Assembly: GCA_048496475.1 (NCBI GenBank)
Contig: JBGCXS010000002.1
Coordinates: forward strand, 100,427 to 124,426
Length of the DNA: 24,000 nt
Reading direction: 5' to 3'
Origin: Rickettsiales endosymbiont of Dermacentor nuttalli
GTDB lineage: Bacteria > Pseudomonadota > Alphaproteobacteria > Rickettsiales > Arcanibacteraceae
Part shown: positions 7,802 through 16,630 of the stretch, piece by piece
How the letters are laid out: each line of letters opens with the position of its first letter
Numbering within the stretch: position 1 is the first letter of the stretch
Made by a program: the position numbers and the translations under genes
Notes under the pieces: generated by a model
The model's input: only the letters and a program-made list of their open reading frames with translations
Databases searched by the model: none
Told to the model about the DNA's origin: nothing

Positions 7802-9532
7802 ATGTTTCAGTATTTTAAACCTTATTGTATCAAATTAGTATGGGTATTTATAGCTTTAACTTTTACATCAGCTAGTGTACTTATACTTGGTAAGGCTATA
7901 GGTATTCTAATTGATCAAGGATTTAGTCAGACTGATACTTATTTGCTTGCAAAATCATTATTAATATTATTTGCCATAATCTTAATGTTAGCAATGGCAA
8001 CTTTTATACGTGCGTATTTTATAAATACTGTTGGAGAAAGTATAATTGCTGATTTACGTAAAGCTGTATATAATCATATATTATTTATTTCACCTAATTT
8101 TTTTGAATCTAATAAAACTAGTGATATTATTTCTAGGTTGACTAATGACACTTTACTTTTAAGTAGTACTATTGGAGCGGTGTTTTCTACATCATTACGT
8201 AATTTGTTAATGACTATAGGAGGATTTATATTACTTATAATGACAAGTGCAAAGCTCACATTATGTGTGATGATCACCGTACCTATAGTACTAGCAGTGA
8301 TTATTATTGTAGGTCGTCAAGTAAGGAAATTATCAAAAATACACCAAGAAAAAGTAGCGGTTATTAGTGCACATATAGAAGAAACTATTAATGGTATAAA
8401 AGTAGTACAGGCATTTTGTAGAGAGAATTTTGAAAATAATACATTTGTTACAAACGTTGAGAATGTTCTATTTTCAGCTAGTAAATGGATTAAAGTTAGA
8501 TCATTACTTGCTGGTATAGTTATAATCACTGTCTTTGCGTCTATTTTATTAGTGTTATGGATAGGAGGAAAAGACGTTGTGCAAGGTAGAATGACTGCTG
8601 GCGAACTATCTTCCTTTATTTTTTATTCTATTTTAGTTGCAAGTAGTATAGGTGGTTTAAGTGAGGTTGTAGGTGATATACAAAGAGCATTGGCTGCTTC
8701 AGAGAGATTATTTGAATTATTAAACCTAAAATCTGATATATCTAGTCCGGCTTTATCTATGGTACTTGGAAATAGTGCTGTGAATGTTATTCAATTTGAG
8801 AATATTACATTTAGTTATCCAGCACGCATTGATAGGCCAATATTAAAGAATTTTGACCTTGTAATTAATAAAGGTGAAAGAATAGCAATAGTTGGACATT
8901 CAGGTGCTGGGAAAACTACATTATTTAATTTATTGCTCAGGTTTTATGACCCTAATCAGGGATATATAAAGCTTAATAACATTGATATTAAAGAATTATC
9001 TTTAACAGAGTTACGTAGTCGATTTGCTTTAGTATCCCAAGAAGCCACAATTTTTTCAGCAACTGCTTATGAAAATATAAAATATGGAAAAATTGATGCT
9101 ACTGAACAAGAAGTAAGAAATGCAGCTCTTACTGCAAATATTTTAGATTTTTTAGAAAAATTACCACAAGGAGTTCATACATTTTTGGGAGAAAAAGGTG
9201 TAAGAATTTCAGGAGGAGAAAGGCAGCGTATAGCAATTGCTAGAGCGATTATTGCTAATCCTCAAATTTTATTGTTAGATGAAGCAACAAGCAATCTTGA
9301 TAATTATAATGAGCAACAAGTACAGCATGCATTAAATGCATTAATGGAACAGCGTACTACTATTATTATTGCGCATAGATTATCAACAATTATGAATGCA
9401 AGTCGTATTATAGTTATGAATGAGGGGCAAATAGAAGATATTGGTACTCACCAAGAATTAGTTAAAAAAGGAGGCCTTTATTCTTACTTGGTTAAACTAC
9501 AAGTTAAGAATGACGGATTGCCTTTTATTTAG
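7802..9532 (+). CDS. ABCB-type half-transporter exporter (MsbA/Atm1-like; fused TMD-NBD)
   Basis: The six-TM ABC_membrane region is followed by an NBD. The NBD has Walker A GHSGAGKTT, signature ISGGERQRIAIARA, Walker B ILLLDEATS and an H-loop AHRLST. The track start at 7739 overlaps cyaY. I prefer the in-frame ATG at 7802 (MFQYFKPY...), but the start is uncertain. Confidence 0.88.
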   Translation: MFQYFKPYCIKLVWVFIALTFTSASVLILGKAIGILIDQGFSQTDTYLLAKSLLILFAIILMLAMATFIRAYFINTVGESIIADLRKAVYNHILFISPNFFESNKTSDIISRLTNDTLLLSSTIGAVFSTSLRNLLMTIGGFILLIMTSAKLTLCVMITVPIVLAVIIIVGRQVRKLSKIHQEKVAVISAHIEETINGIKVVQAFCRENFENNTFVTNVENVLFSASKWIKVRSLLAGIVIITVFASILLVLWIGGKDVVQGRMTAGELSSFIFYSILVASSIGGLSEVVGDIQRALAASERLFELLNLKSDISSPALSMVLGNSAVNVIQFENITFSYPARIDRPILKNFDLVINKGERIAIVGHSGAGKTTLFNLLLRFYDPNQGYIKLNNIDIKELSLTELRSRFALVSQEATIFSATAYENIKYGKIDATEQEVRNAALTANILDFLEKLPQGVHTFLGEKGVRISGGERQRIAIARAIIANPQILLLDEATSNLDNYNEQQVQHALNALMEQRTTIIIAHRLSTIMNASRIIVMNEGQIEDIGTHQELVKKGGLYSYLVKLQVKNDGLPFI

Positions 9533-9590
9533 TGCTGATATATCATGAACATGATTTTTGAATAGTAACTTTTATTTTTTAGAGGTGTAT

Positions 9591-11048
9591 ATGACACAAG
9601 ATAACTGTCCAATAACAGTTGCGTATGGAGATGGAATAGGTCCTGAAATTATGGAAGCAGTACTAGAAGTGTTAAAATATGCTAAAGCAAGAATCACTAT
9701 TCAAACGGTAGAAGTAGGAAAAGTATTATATGAAAGAGGGTATAATACAGGGATCGGTCCTGATATGTGGGAATCTCTTAAAAATACTAAGATATTACTT
9801 AAGGGTCCTATTACTACTCCTCAAGGTGGCGGATATAAAAGCCTTAATGTTACACTCAGAAAAAGCTTAAGCCTTTATGCAAATGTTAGGCCGTGTATAG
9901 CATACCCACCATTTGTTAAAACTTTTCATCCTGCTATGAATTTAGTAATAGTTAGAGAAAATGAAGAAGATCTATATATAGGTATAGAATATAGACAAAC
10001 ACGTGATATGTGTCATGCAATCAAAATGATATCTCGTTCTGGATGTGAGCGTATTATCAGGTATGCTTTTGAATATGCAGTAAATAATAATCGTAAAAAA
10101 GTTACTTGTTTAAGCAAAGACAACATTATAAAAATGACAGATGGGCTATTTCATAAAGTGTTTGATGAAATAGCAGAATTGTACCCAGGCATAGAGAAAG
10201 AACATTATATTATAGATATAGGAGCAGCTAGACTTGCTAATACTCCTGAGAATTTTGATGTAGTGGTTACATCTAACTTATATGGTGATATAGTCTCGGA
10301 TATTGTTGCAGAAACTTCAGGTTCTGTTGGTCTTGCTGGTTCTGCGAATATAGGTGCTGAATATGCTATGTTTGAAGCAATACATGGGTCGGCGCCGCTA
10401 ATAGCTGGCCAAAATCGTGCTAATCCATCAGGGTTATTACATGCTAGTATTATGATGTTAATTCATATTGAGCAAGGTGATATTGCAAGTAAAATACATA
10501 ATGCGTGGTTGAAAACTCTTGAAGATGGTATACATACAGCTGATATTTATAGAGAAGAATATAGTAGTAAAAAAGTGGGTACTAAGGAATTTGCACAAGA
10601 AATTATTGTAAGACTAGGAGAAAAACCTACTAAAATGCAAGCTGTTGAATATAAAGATAGTTTGAAGAATTCTACACATATAAATATAGTTAATGCAGGA
10701 ACAGAAAATAAGCAATTAGTTGGCGTAGATATTTATTTTGATTGGAATCAAAGTGGTCTTGAACTTGCAGAAAAACTAAATAGTGTTGCTGATGGAGAGT
10801 TAAGATTACAAGTGCTCTCATGTAGAGGGCTTAAAATATGGCCTCTTGAGGAAAATAGTTTTAATCAAGGTGGTGGTGACCATTGGAATGCACGTTTTGT
10901 ACCTAATAACCAAGAAAAAATGACTACACATGAGCAGATAATTTATTTACTTAATAAACTAAATGCTCAAGGCTTTGATTTTATTAAAACAGAAAATTTA
11001 TATAGTTTTGATGATAAAGTAGGATTTTCTTTAAGTGCAGGTGCCTAA
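9591..11048 (+). CDS. icd: Isocitrate dehydrogenase (isocitrate/isopropylmalate dehydrogenase family, long form with C-terminal extension)
   Basis: Motifs are ITVAYGDGIGPEI, LKGPITTP, NLYGDIVSDI and HGSAPLIAG..ANP, plus a ~130-aa C-terminal extension as I recall for rickettsial icd. The track start at 9558 is a TTG. The ATG at 9591 is preceded by AGAGG at proper spacing. Confidence 0.9.
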   Translation: MTQDNCPITVAYGDGIGPEIMEAVLEVLKYAKARITIQTVEVGKVLYERGYNTGIGPDMWESLKNTKILLKGPITTPQGGGYKSLNVTLRKSLSLYANVRPCIAYPPFVKTFHPAMNLVIVRENEEDLYIGIEYRQTRDMCHAIKMISRSGCERIIRYAFEYAVNNNRKKVTCLSKDNIIKMTDGLFHKVFDEIAELYPGIEKEHYIIDIGAARLANTPENFDVVVTSNLYGDIVSDIVAETSGSVGLAGSANIGAEYAMFEAIHGSAPLIAGQNRANPSGLLHASIMMLIHIEQGDIASKIHNAWLKTLEDGIHTADIYREEYSSKKVGTKEFAQEIIVRLGEKPTKMQAVEYKDSLKNSTHINIVNAGTENKQLVGVDIYFDWNQSGLELAEKLNSVADGELRLQVLSCRGLKIWPLEENSFNQGGGDHWNARFVPNNQEKMTTHEQIIYLLNKLNAQGFDFIKTENLYSFDDKVGFSLSAGA

Positions 11049-11071
11049 TAATATAGGATATAGGAGTTTAA

Positions 11072-11809
11072 ATGTTGAATTTATCTGGAAGAACTGCTGT
11101 TATTACTGGTGCGTCAGGAGGTATAGGTAGTGCTATAGCAAGGAGTTTACATGTACAAGGTGCTACTATATTAATTTCAGGTACTAATATAGATAAGTTG
11201 GAGAAAATAGCTGATGAATTAAAAGAGCGAGTATATATTAAATCTTGTAACCTTTCCAACATAGATGATTTAGAAACATTAGTGCCAGAAGCAGAAAGGA
11301 TATTAAATAAAATAGATATAATAGTTTGTAATGCAGGTATTACTAGGGATTCTTTGGCAATCAGAATGAAGAATGAAAATTTTTCTGAAGTAATACAAAT
11401 TAATTTAAATGCTAATTTTATCTTAAATCGTGCTGCAATCAAGCATATGATGAAGAATAAATATGGTCGTGTTATAAATATATCTTCTATTATTGGAGCA
11501 ACTGGTAATGTTGGACAGGCTAATTATGCAGCTTCTAAAGGTGGTTTAGTGGCAATGTCTAAGTCTTTGGCGTTGGAAGTAGCAAGTAGAAATATTACTG
11601 TGAATTGTATAGCTCCAGGATTTATTGCTACTCCTATGACAGATGTACTAACAGAAGAGCAACGTGCAATACATATGAAAAAAATCCCTATAGGAAGATT
11701 TGGTGTGCCGGAGGATATAGCTTATATTGTAGTGTTTTTAGCTAGTGAAGAATCATCATATATTACAGGGCAAACAATACATATAAACGGAGGTATGTTC
11801 ATGTTATAA
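11072..11809 (+). CDS. fabG: 3-oxoacyl-ACP reductase
   Basis: 245 aa SDR with TGASGGIGSAIA cofactor motif, NISS catalytic Ser region and YAASKGG (YxxxK). TAGGAG lies upstream, and the gene has the conserved position before acpP. Confidence 0.93.
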   Translation: MLNLSGRTAVITGASGGIGSAIARSLHVQGATILISGTNIDKLEKIADELKERVYIKSCNLSNIDDLETLVPEAERILNKIDIIVCNAGITRDSLAIRMKNENFSEVIQINLNANFILNRAAIKHMMKNKYGRVINISSIIGATGNVGQANYAASKGGLVAMSKSLALEVASRNITVNCIAPGFIATPMTDVLTEEQRAIHMKKIPIGRFGVPEDIAYIVVFLASEESSYITGQTIHINGGMFML

Positions 11810-11899
11810 ATATTTTTGTGGAAATTTATTAAACTAAGTGTTATAACCCAGAAAATATTTTTGATCTTTTGTAAGACAAACTTTAAAGAGGAAAAGTGT

Positions 11900-12142
11900 A
11901 TGAGTGATATAGAAGTACGTGTGAAAAAGATAGTAGCTAAGCAATTAGGTAAAGAAGAAGCTACAATTACCCTAGAAGATAGTTTTTTGGACGATTTAGG
12001 GGCTGATAGTTTAGATCAGGTGGAATTGGTCATGGCTTTTGAAGAAGAATTTGGGTGTGATATTCCTGATGATGCAGCAGAAAAAATCAAAAAAGTTTCT
12101 GATGCAGTATCCTATATAAGTCAAAATGCAAAAGACGAATAG
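11900..12142 (+). CDS. acpP: Acyl carrier protein
   Basis: 80 aa starting [12 protein letters not shown], with the phosphopantetheine site [14 protein letters not shown] precedes the ATG at 11900. The track ORF start at 11816 is an unsupported N-terminal extension. Confidence 0.95.
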   Translation: MSDIEVRVKKIVAKQLGKEEATITLEDSFLDDLGADSLDQVELVMAFEEEFGCDIPDDAAEKIKKVSDAVSYISQNAKDE

Positions 12143-12150
12143 TCTTTTGC
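12128..12150 (+). promoter_or_regulatory. Stem-loop overlapping the acpP stop codon (possible attenuator or mRNA-stabilising hairpin between acpP and fabF)
   Basis: gcaaaagac-gaata-gtcttttgc forms a perfect 9-bp stem with a 5-nt loop. No U-tract follows it, so it is not a classic terminator. Confidence 0.35.
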
Positions 12151-12237
12151 TAGTGGTCTCCACATTCTCAATTAATCATTCTAGATTAGAAAATAAAATA
12201 TTTATTTGGGAATTATTAGTTAGCAGAGAGTAAAAAT

Positions 12238-13494
12238 ATGAGACGAGTAGTAGTAACAGGTGTGGGTTTGGTCACACCTTTAGGGTTTGGTGTTTCTTTT
12301 GTGTGGAAAAGGCTATTACAGGGAGAATCAGGTATTAGAAAAATTGATAGATTTGATGCTTCTTTGTTATCATGTAAAATCGCTGGTCAAGTGCCAACTA
12401 AAGATGAAATAGGTGGTATAGATACCGAATTGGTGGTGACTGCAAAAGATCAACGAAGGATGGATCGTTTTATTTTATATGGTATATGTGCTGCCACCCA
12501 AGCTATAGAAGATTCAGGAATAGCTCAGACTGATGGTAGTGAGCATGAAAATATAGGATTAATGATTGGTTCTGGTATAGGGGGGCTTCCCTTTATAGAA
12601 GAAAATTCAATTATGGTTCATGAAAAAGGTCCTAAAAAACTTAGTCCATTTTTTATTCCAGCTAGTTTAATTAATCTGGTATCCGGTCATGTTTCTATCA
12701 AATATGGTTTGATGGGACCTAATCATTCAGTAGTAACTGCTTGTTCAACTGGAGCACATGCTATAGGTGATGCAGCTCAATTGATTTCGTTAGGAGAAGC
12801 AGATGCTATGGTTGCAGGCGGGACGGAAGGGGCTGTCTGTATGATAGGTATGGCTGGTTTTGCTGCTGCGCGTGCGTTATCAACTAATTTTAATGATCAT
12901 CCAACTAAAGCCTCAAGGCCTTGGGACAAGGATAGAGATGGTTTTGTTATGGGTGAAGGATCGGGTGTTCTTGTGCTTGAAGAGTATGAGCATGCAAAAA
13001 AGCGTGGCGCTAAAATTTATGGAGAACTAGTTGGGTATGGATTAAGTGGTGATGCTTATCATATTACAGCTCCTCATCCTGAAGGGCGTGGTGCTTATAA
13101 AGCTATGAAGAAGGCAATAGAAAAATCAGGATTGTCATTATTAGATATAGGGTATGTGAATGCCCATGGTACTTCTACGCCTCTTGGTGATGAAATAGAA
13201 TTATCTACAATACATAGAATTTTTGGTGAAGAATCTTCTAACTTATCCATGTCTTCAACTAAATCGTCTATAGGGCATTTGCTTGGAGCTGCAGGAAGTG
13301 TAGAGGCTATATTTTCTTTACTTGCAATGAATGAAGGAGTTATACCTCCAACGATTAATTTAGAAAATCCTCCTGAAAATTGTAAGATAGATTTAGTTCC
13401 AAAGAGTGCTAGAGAAAAAAAATTGAATGCTGTTATGTCAAATTCTTTTGGCTTTGGAGGAACTAACGCTACTTTAGTATTTAAAAAATTATAA
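12238..13494 (+). CDS. fabF: 3-oxoacyl-ACP synthase II
   Basis: 418 aa. The Cys-His-His triad contexts are ACSTGAHAIGDA, NAHGTSTPLGD and SIGHLLGAAG. The C-terminus is SNSFGFGGTNATLVF. Confidence 0.95.
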   Translation: MRRVVVTGVGLVTPLGFGVSFVWKRLLQGESGIRKIDRFDASLLSCKIAGQVPTKDEIGGIDTELVVTAKDQRRMDRFILYGICAATQAIEDSGIAQTDGSEHENIGLMIGSGIGGLPFIEENSIMVHEKGPKKLSPFFIPASLINLVSGHVSIKYGLMGPNHSVVTACSTGAHAIGDAAQLISLGEADAMVAGGTEGAVCMIGMAGFAAARALSTNFNDHPTKASRPWDKDRDGFVMGEGSGVLVLEEYEHAKKRGAKIYGELVGYGLSGDAYHITAPHPEGRGAYKAMKKAIEKSGLSLLDIGYVNAHGTSTPLGDEIELSTIHRIFGEESSNLSMSSTKSSIGHLLGAAGSVEAIFSLLAMNEGVIPPTINLENPPENCKIDLVPKSAREKKLNAVMSNSFGFGGTNATLVFKKL

Positions 13495-13498
13495 AAGT

Positions 13499-14518
13499 AT
13501 GAGCATAAATTGCTATAGATTGTGTAAAAGAATTTTTGCATTAATAGCTATAGCAATTTTGTTTATTGGCATAGTTGCAAGTCTTATATATGTTTATTTA
13601 AATCAAGCTGGGCCTTTATCAACTAAGAAAAGTTTAATTATTGCTCCTAGTAGTTCAATTAGTGTTATTACAAAGCATTTATATAATGAAGGTATAATAG
13701 AATACCCTCTAATATTCCAATTCACAGCAAGAATAGCAGGTCGTTTCTATAAATTGAAAGCGGGAGAATATGCTTTTGATGTTGCTGTGACGCCTAAACA
13801 AGTGCTAGAGATACTGATTAGTGGTAGATATATAGTACATCATATCACTTTTCCTGAAGGTATAACAATTAAACGTATTGTAGAAATTTTGAATGAAGAA
13901 CCTTTACTCTCAGGTGAAATAATAGATGATATTCAAGAGGGTTCTCTTTTTCCAAGTACATATTTCTTTTATTATGGTACAAAAAGACAAGAAATTATCA
14001 ATAAGATGCGTCAAAAAATGTCTAATATAGTTGATAAGTTGTGGGAAAATCAAGAGCAGTATGGTGAATCAATAATAAAAAGTAAGGAAGATATGATAAT
14101 ACTTGCCTCGATTATAGAAAAAGAAACATCACTGAAAAGTGAGCAAAGGAGAATAGCAGCAGTATTTATTAATCGCCTAGCTAAGGGTATGAAGCTTCAA
14201 GCTGATCCTACTATCATTTATGCTATAACAGATAAGAGAGGATATTTAGGACGGCTATTAACTAAGGAGGACTTAAACACAATGTCAGAATATAATACGT
14301 ATATTAATTACGGTCTTCCCCCTACTCCTATATCTAATCCAGGTCAGGCTGCTCTTGAAGCAGTGCTGAAACCTTTAGAGACTAAGGAATTATTTTTTGT
14401 AGCTGATCCTTTGACTAATGGTCATAAGTTTACAGAAAGTTTATCTGAACATAATCGTAATGTTAGAAATTATAGAACTCAATTGAAACAAAAGAGAATT
14501 AATGGAACAATTAATTGA
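13499..14518 (+). CDS. mltG: Endolytic murein transglycosylase MltG (YceG-like)
   Basis: 339 aa with an N-terminal TM anchor. YceG motifs are FPEGITI, LASIIEKET (catalytic Glu context) and NTYINYGLPPTPISNPG. The gene starts 4 nt after the fabF stop. Confidence 0.9.
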   Translation: MSINCYRLCKRIFALIAIAILFIGIVASLIYVYLNQAGPLSTKKSLIIAPSSSISVITKHLYNEGIIEYPLIFQFTARIAGRFYKLKAGEYAFDVAVTPKQVLEILISGRYIVHHITFPEGITIKRIVEILNEEPLLSGEIIDDIQEGSLFPSTYFFYYGTKRQEIINKMRQKMSNIVDKLWENQEQYGESIIKSKEDMIILASIIEKETSLKSEQRRIAAVFINRLAKGMKLQADPTIIYAITDKRGYLGRLLTKEDLNTMSEYNTYINYGLPPTPISNPGQAALEAVLKPLETKELFFVADPLTNGHKFTESLSEHNRNVRNYRTQLKQKRINGTIN

Positions 14519-15122
14519 ACAAATGTCTAGTCTAGATAATACAGTATATATTACTTTAATAGTATCTTACTTAATAGGATCTATACCATTTGGGCTCATC
14601 ATAACTAAACTCGTGGGTACTAAGGATATTAGATTGCATGGTTCAGGTAATATAGGTGCTACGAATGTTTTAAGGGTTGCTGGCAAGACTTTAGGTGTAA
14701 TTACATTACTGCTAGATATGTTAAAAGGTGCTATAGTTGTATTTGTAGTAAAAGAAACTATATCTAATCACATAGTATTAAAATTATCGATGATTACTGT
14801 AATTATAGGACATATCTTTTCAATATGGCTTAAAGGAAAAGGAGGAAAAGGAGTAGCAACAGCACTAGCATCTTTTTTAATATATAATTATACATTAGGT
14901 ATTATTGGCATAGTGTCTTGGTTAATAACGTTTTTTATTACGGGGATTTCTTCTTTAGCTGCAATTATAGCATTCATACTCTTGCCGATAGTAACGTTCA
15001 TTATACTACCTAAAGATTTTTATACTATATTATTAGTATCTTCTATAGTGTTTATCAAACATTATAGTAATATAATTAGGTTATTAAAGGGCAATGAAGG
15101 TAGAATCAATGTTAAAAAATAG
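14502..15122 (+). CDS. plsY: Glycerol-3-phosphate acyltransferase PlsY
   Basis: Polytopic membrane protein with YLIGSIPFG, GSGNIGATN and GGKGVAT motifs. The ATG at 14502 overlaps mltG by 17 nt. The alternative ATG at 14523 lies 4 nt after the mltG stop. Confidence 0.9.
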   Translation: MEQLIEQMSSLDNTVYITLIVSYLIGSIPFGLIITKLVGTKDIRLHGSGNIGATNVLRVAGKTLGVITLLLDMLKGAIVVFVVKETISNHIVLKLSMITVIIGHIFSIWLKGKGGKGVATALASFLIYNYTLGIIGIVSWLITFFITGISSLAAIIAFILLPIVTFIILPKDFYTILLVSSIVFIKHYSNIIRLLKGNEGRINVKK

Positions 15123-15927
15123 TACAACTAAATTAGTAGGTATATTAAATGTTACAAATGACTCTTTTTCTGATGGCGGAAAATATATAGATCTAGATTT
15201 AGCAGTAAAGCGTATAGAAGAGCTACTTAATGAGGGTGTAGATGTTATTGATATAGGTGCGGAGTCTACGCGTCCTGGAGCTATAGCTATTAGTTATCAA
15301 GAAGAATGGTCAAGGCTAGAGCCAGTTTTACAATTATTTAAATCACAATTTAATAATACTAAAGTATTATTAAGTGTAGATACTTATCATACTGAAACTG
15401 CAGCTTTAGCTATAAATTATGGTATTGACTGGGTTAATGATGTCTCGGGGTGTGAAGCGCAAGCCATGCAGCAGTTAATTGCAGGTAATGGGGTAAAAGT
15501 GGTAGTTAGTCATAATTTAGGTGTTCCAGTGAAGAAAGGCATTACATTACCCGAGAACGTAGATATTGTATCTGTAGTTATAAAATGGGCGAAAGAAAGA
15601 ATAGTGCAATTAATAGCAAATGATATAAAAAAGGAACAAATTATTTTTGATCCTGGCATAGGTTTTGGTAAAACGAGTAAACAGTCTCTAACATTGCTTA
15701 AGAATATTGCAGAATTTTTACAATTAGGAGTTGAGGTATTAGTAGGGCACTCACGTAAATCTTTTTTCAGTGCAATGACTGATGTAGAAGCTTTTGAAAG
15801 AGATATTGAAACTTGCGTAGTGTCTGCGTATTTAAGTTTACAGAATGTACATTATCTAAGAGTACATAACGTACATGCTAATAAGAGAGCAGTAACTGTA
15901 GCTACTAATTTATTTGATTATACGTAA
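15094..15927 (+). CDS. folP: Dihydropteroate synthase
   Basis: Pterin-binding domain motifs are GILNVTNDSFSDGG, DIGAESTRPG, DPGIGFGK and GHSRKSF. The ATG at 15094 overlaps plsY by 29 nt. The alternative ATG at 15109 still overlaps. Confidence 0.9.
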   Translation: MKVESMLKNSTTKLVGILNVTNDSFSDGGKYIDLDLAVKRIEELLNEGVDVIDIGAESTRPGAIAISYQEEWSRLEPVLQLFKSQFNNTKVLLSVDTYHTETAALAINYGIDWVNDVSGCEAQAMQQLIAGNGVKVVVSHNLGVPVKKGITLPENVDIVSVVIKWAKERIVQLIANDIKKEQIIFDPGIGFGKTSKQSLTLLKNIAEFLQLGVEVLVGHSRKSFFSAMTDVEAFERDIETCVVSAYLSLQNVHYLRVHNVHANKRAVTVATNLFDYT

Positions 15928-15938
15928 TTTTATAACCT

Positions 15939-16538
15939 CTATTTATTACGTAGTGGTGAATCTTTAAGCCTTACAAATGACATTACCTTTTTAACATTTG
16001 GTATAGTGCTAGCTAAGTATGTTACTTTATCTAATTCTTCCTTATTTTGTGCTATACCAAGAAGGTATATAATACCTTCAATGGTTTCAATATTGTAATT
16101 TACAGAGCGTATATTCTTTTCAACCAAAAGTTTTGTTTTTAATTGTGTAGTGATCCAAGTATCTAGACTATATTCTTTTAAAGTGAGTTTATCATTTTTA
16201 GAAGAGATTTGAATCTCGTCCATGACTTCTTTTACACCTTCTTGTGACCACACTATTTTTACAGCTTCCATTCTAGTTTTTACATCAGGTACATATCCAG
16301 TTAATAACACTCTTCCTTCATCAACTTTCACATCCACTCCTATAAACATATGATCGAAGTTTTTGTGTAAAAAATTAGATTTAATTCTAGTCCAAATTGT
16401 TGCATCATCTACTGTTTTGCCAACAGTTTTTTCTTGTGATAATACAAGTCCGGTTGCTGCTGTTGCACCTATTACAGCTGGGGCACAGCTATTTAAAAGA
16501 TAAGCTACAGCTAATAAATATACTACGCTGTTGTACAT
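15939..16538 (-). CDS. Dual-BON-domain lipoprotein (DolP/YraP- or OsmY-like)
   Basis: 199 aa. The signal peptide has a lipobox-like LLNSC. Two BON-like repeats are present (...VKVDEGRVLLTGYV... and ...IETIEGIIYLLGIA...). A strong AGGAGG SD lies 5 nt upstream of the ATG. Confidence 0.75.
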   Translation of the reverse strand: MYNSVVYLLAVAYLLNSCAPAVIGATAATGLVLSQEKTVGKTVDDATIWTRIKSNFLHKNFDHMFIGVDVKVDEGRVLLTGYVPDVKTRMEAVKIVWSQEGVKEVMDEIQISSKNDKLTLKEYSLDTWITTQLKTKLLVEKNIRSVNYNIETIEGIIYLLGIAQNKEELDKVTYLASTIPNVKKVMSFVRLKDSPLRNK

Positions 16539-16630
16539 TTTTTCCTCCTAAAAGAACTGTTACGTATTATCATAAAATTTCATCCTGTTTTTAAGCAGTA
16601 TAAAACATCTTATTTACCAGAACAAGCTAT

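Noticed and set aside
9542-9559. Small hairpin plus T-run (atcat-gaac-atgat-tttt) between the ABC exporter and icd
   Set aside because: The stem is only 5 A/U-rich base pairs, too weak to call a terminator. It also overlaps the likely icd leader.
14502-15122. Coding overlaps at mltG/plsY (17 nt) and plsY/folP (29 nt), and the apparent cyaY/ABC overlap (7739-7751)
   Set aside because: Short overlaps or alternative downstream ATGs (14523, 15109, 7802) are ordinary operon packing and translational coupling. They give no sign of frameshifting or a hidden gene.
15921-15952. 8-bp inverted repeat tacgtaat...attacgta spanning the folP and BON-gene stop codons
   Set aside because: It has a 16-nt loop and an A/T-rich stem. 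It is probably fortuitous in an 11-bp convergent junction and is not supportable as a terminator.
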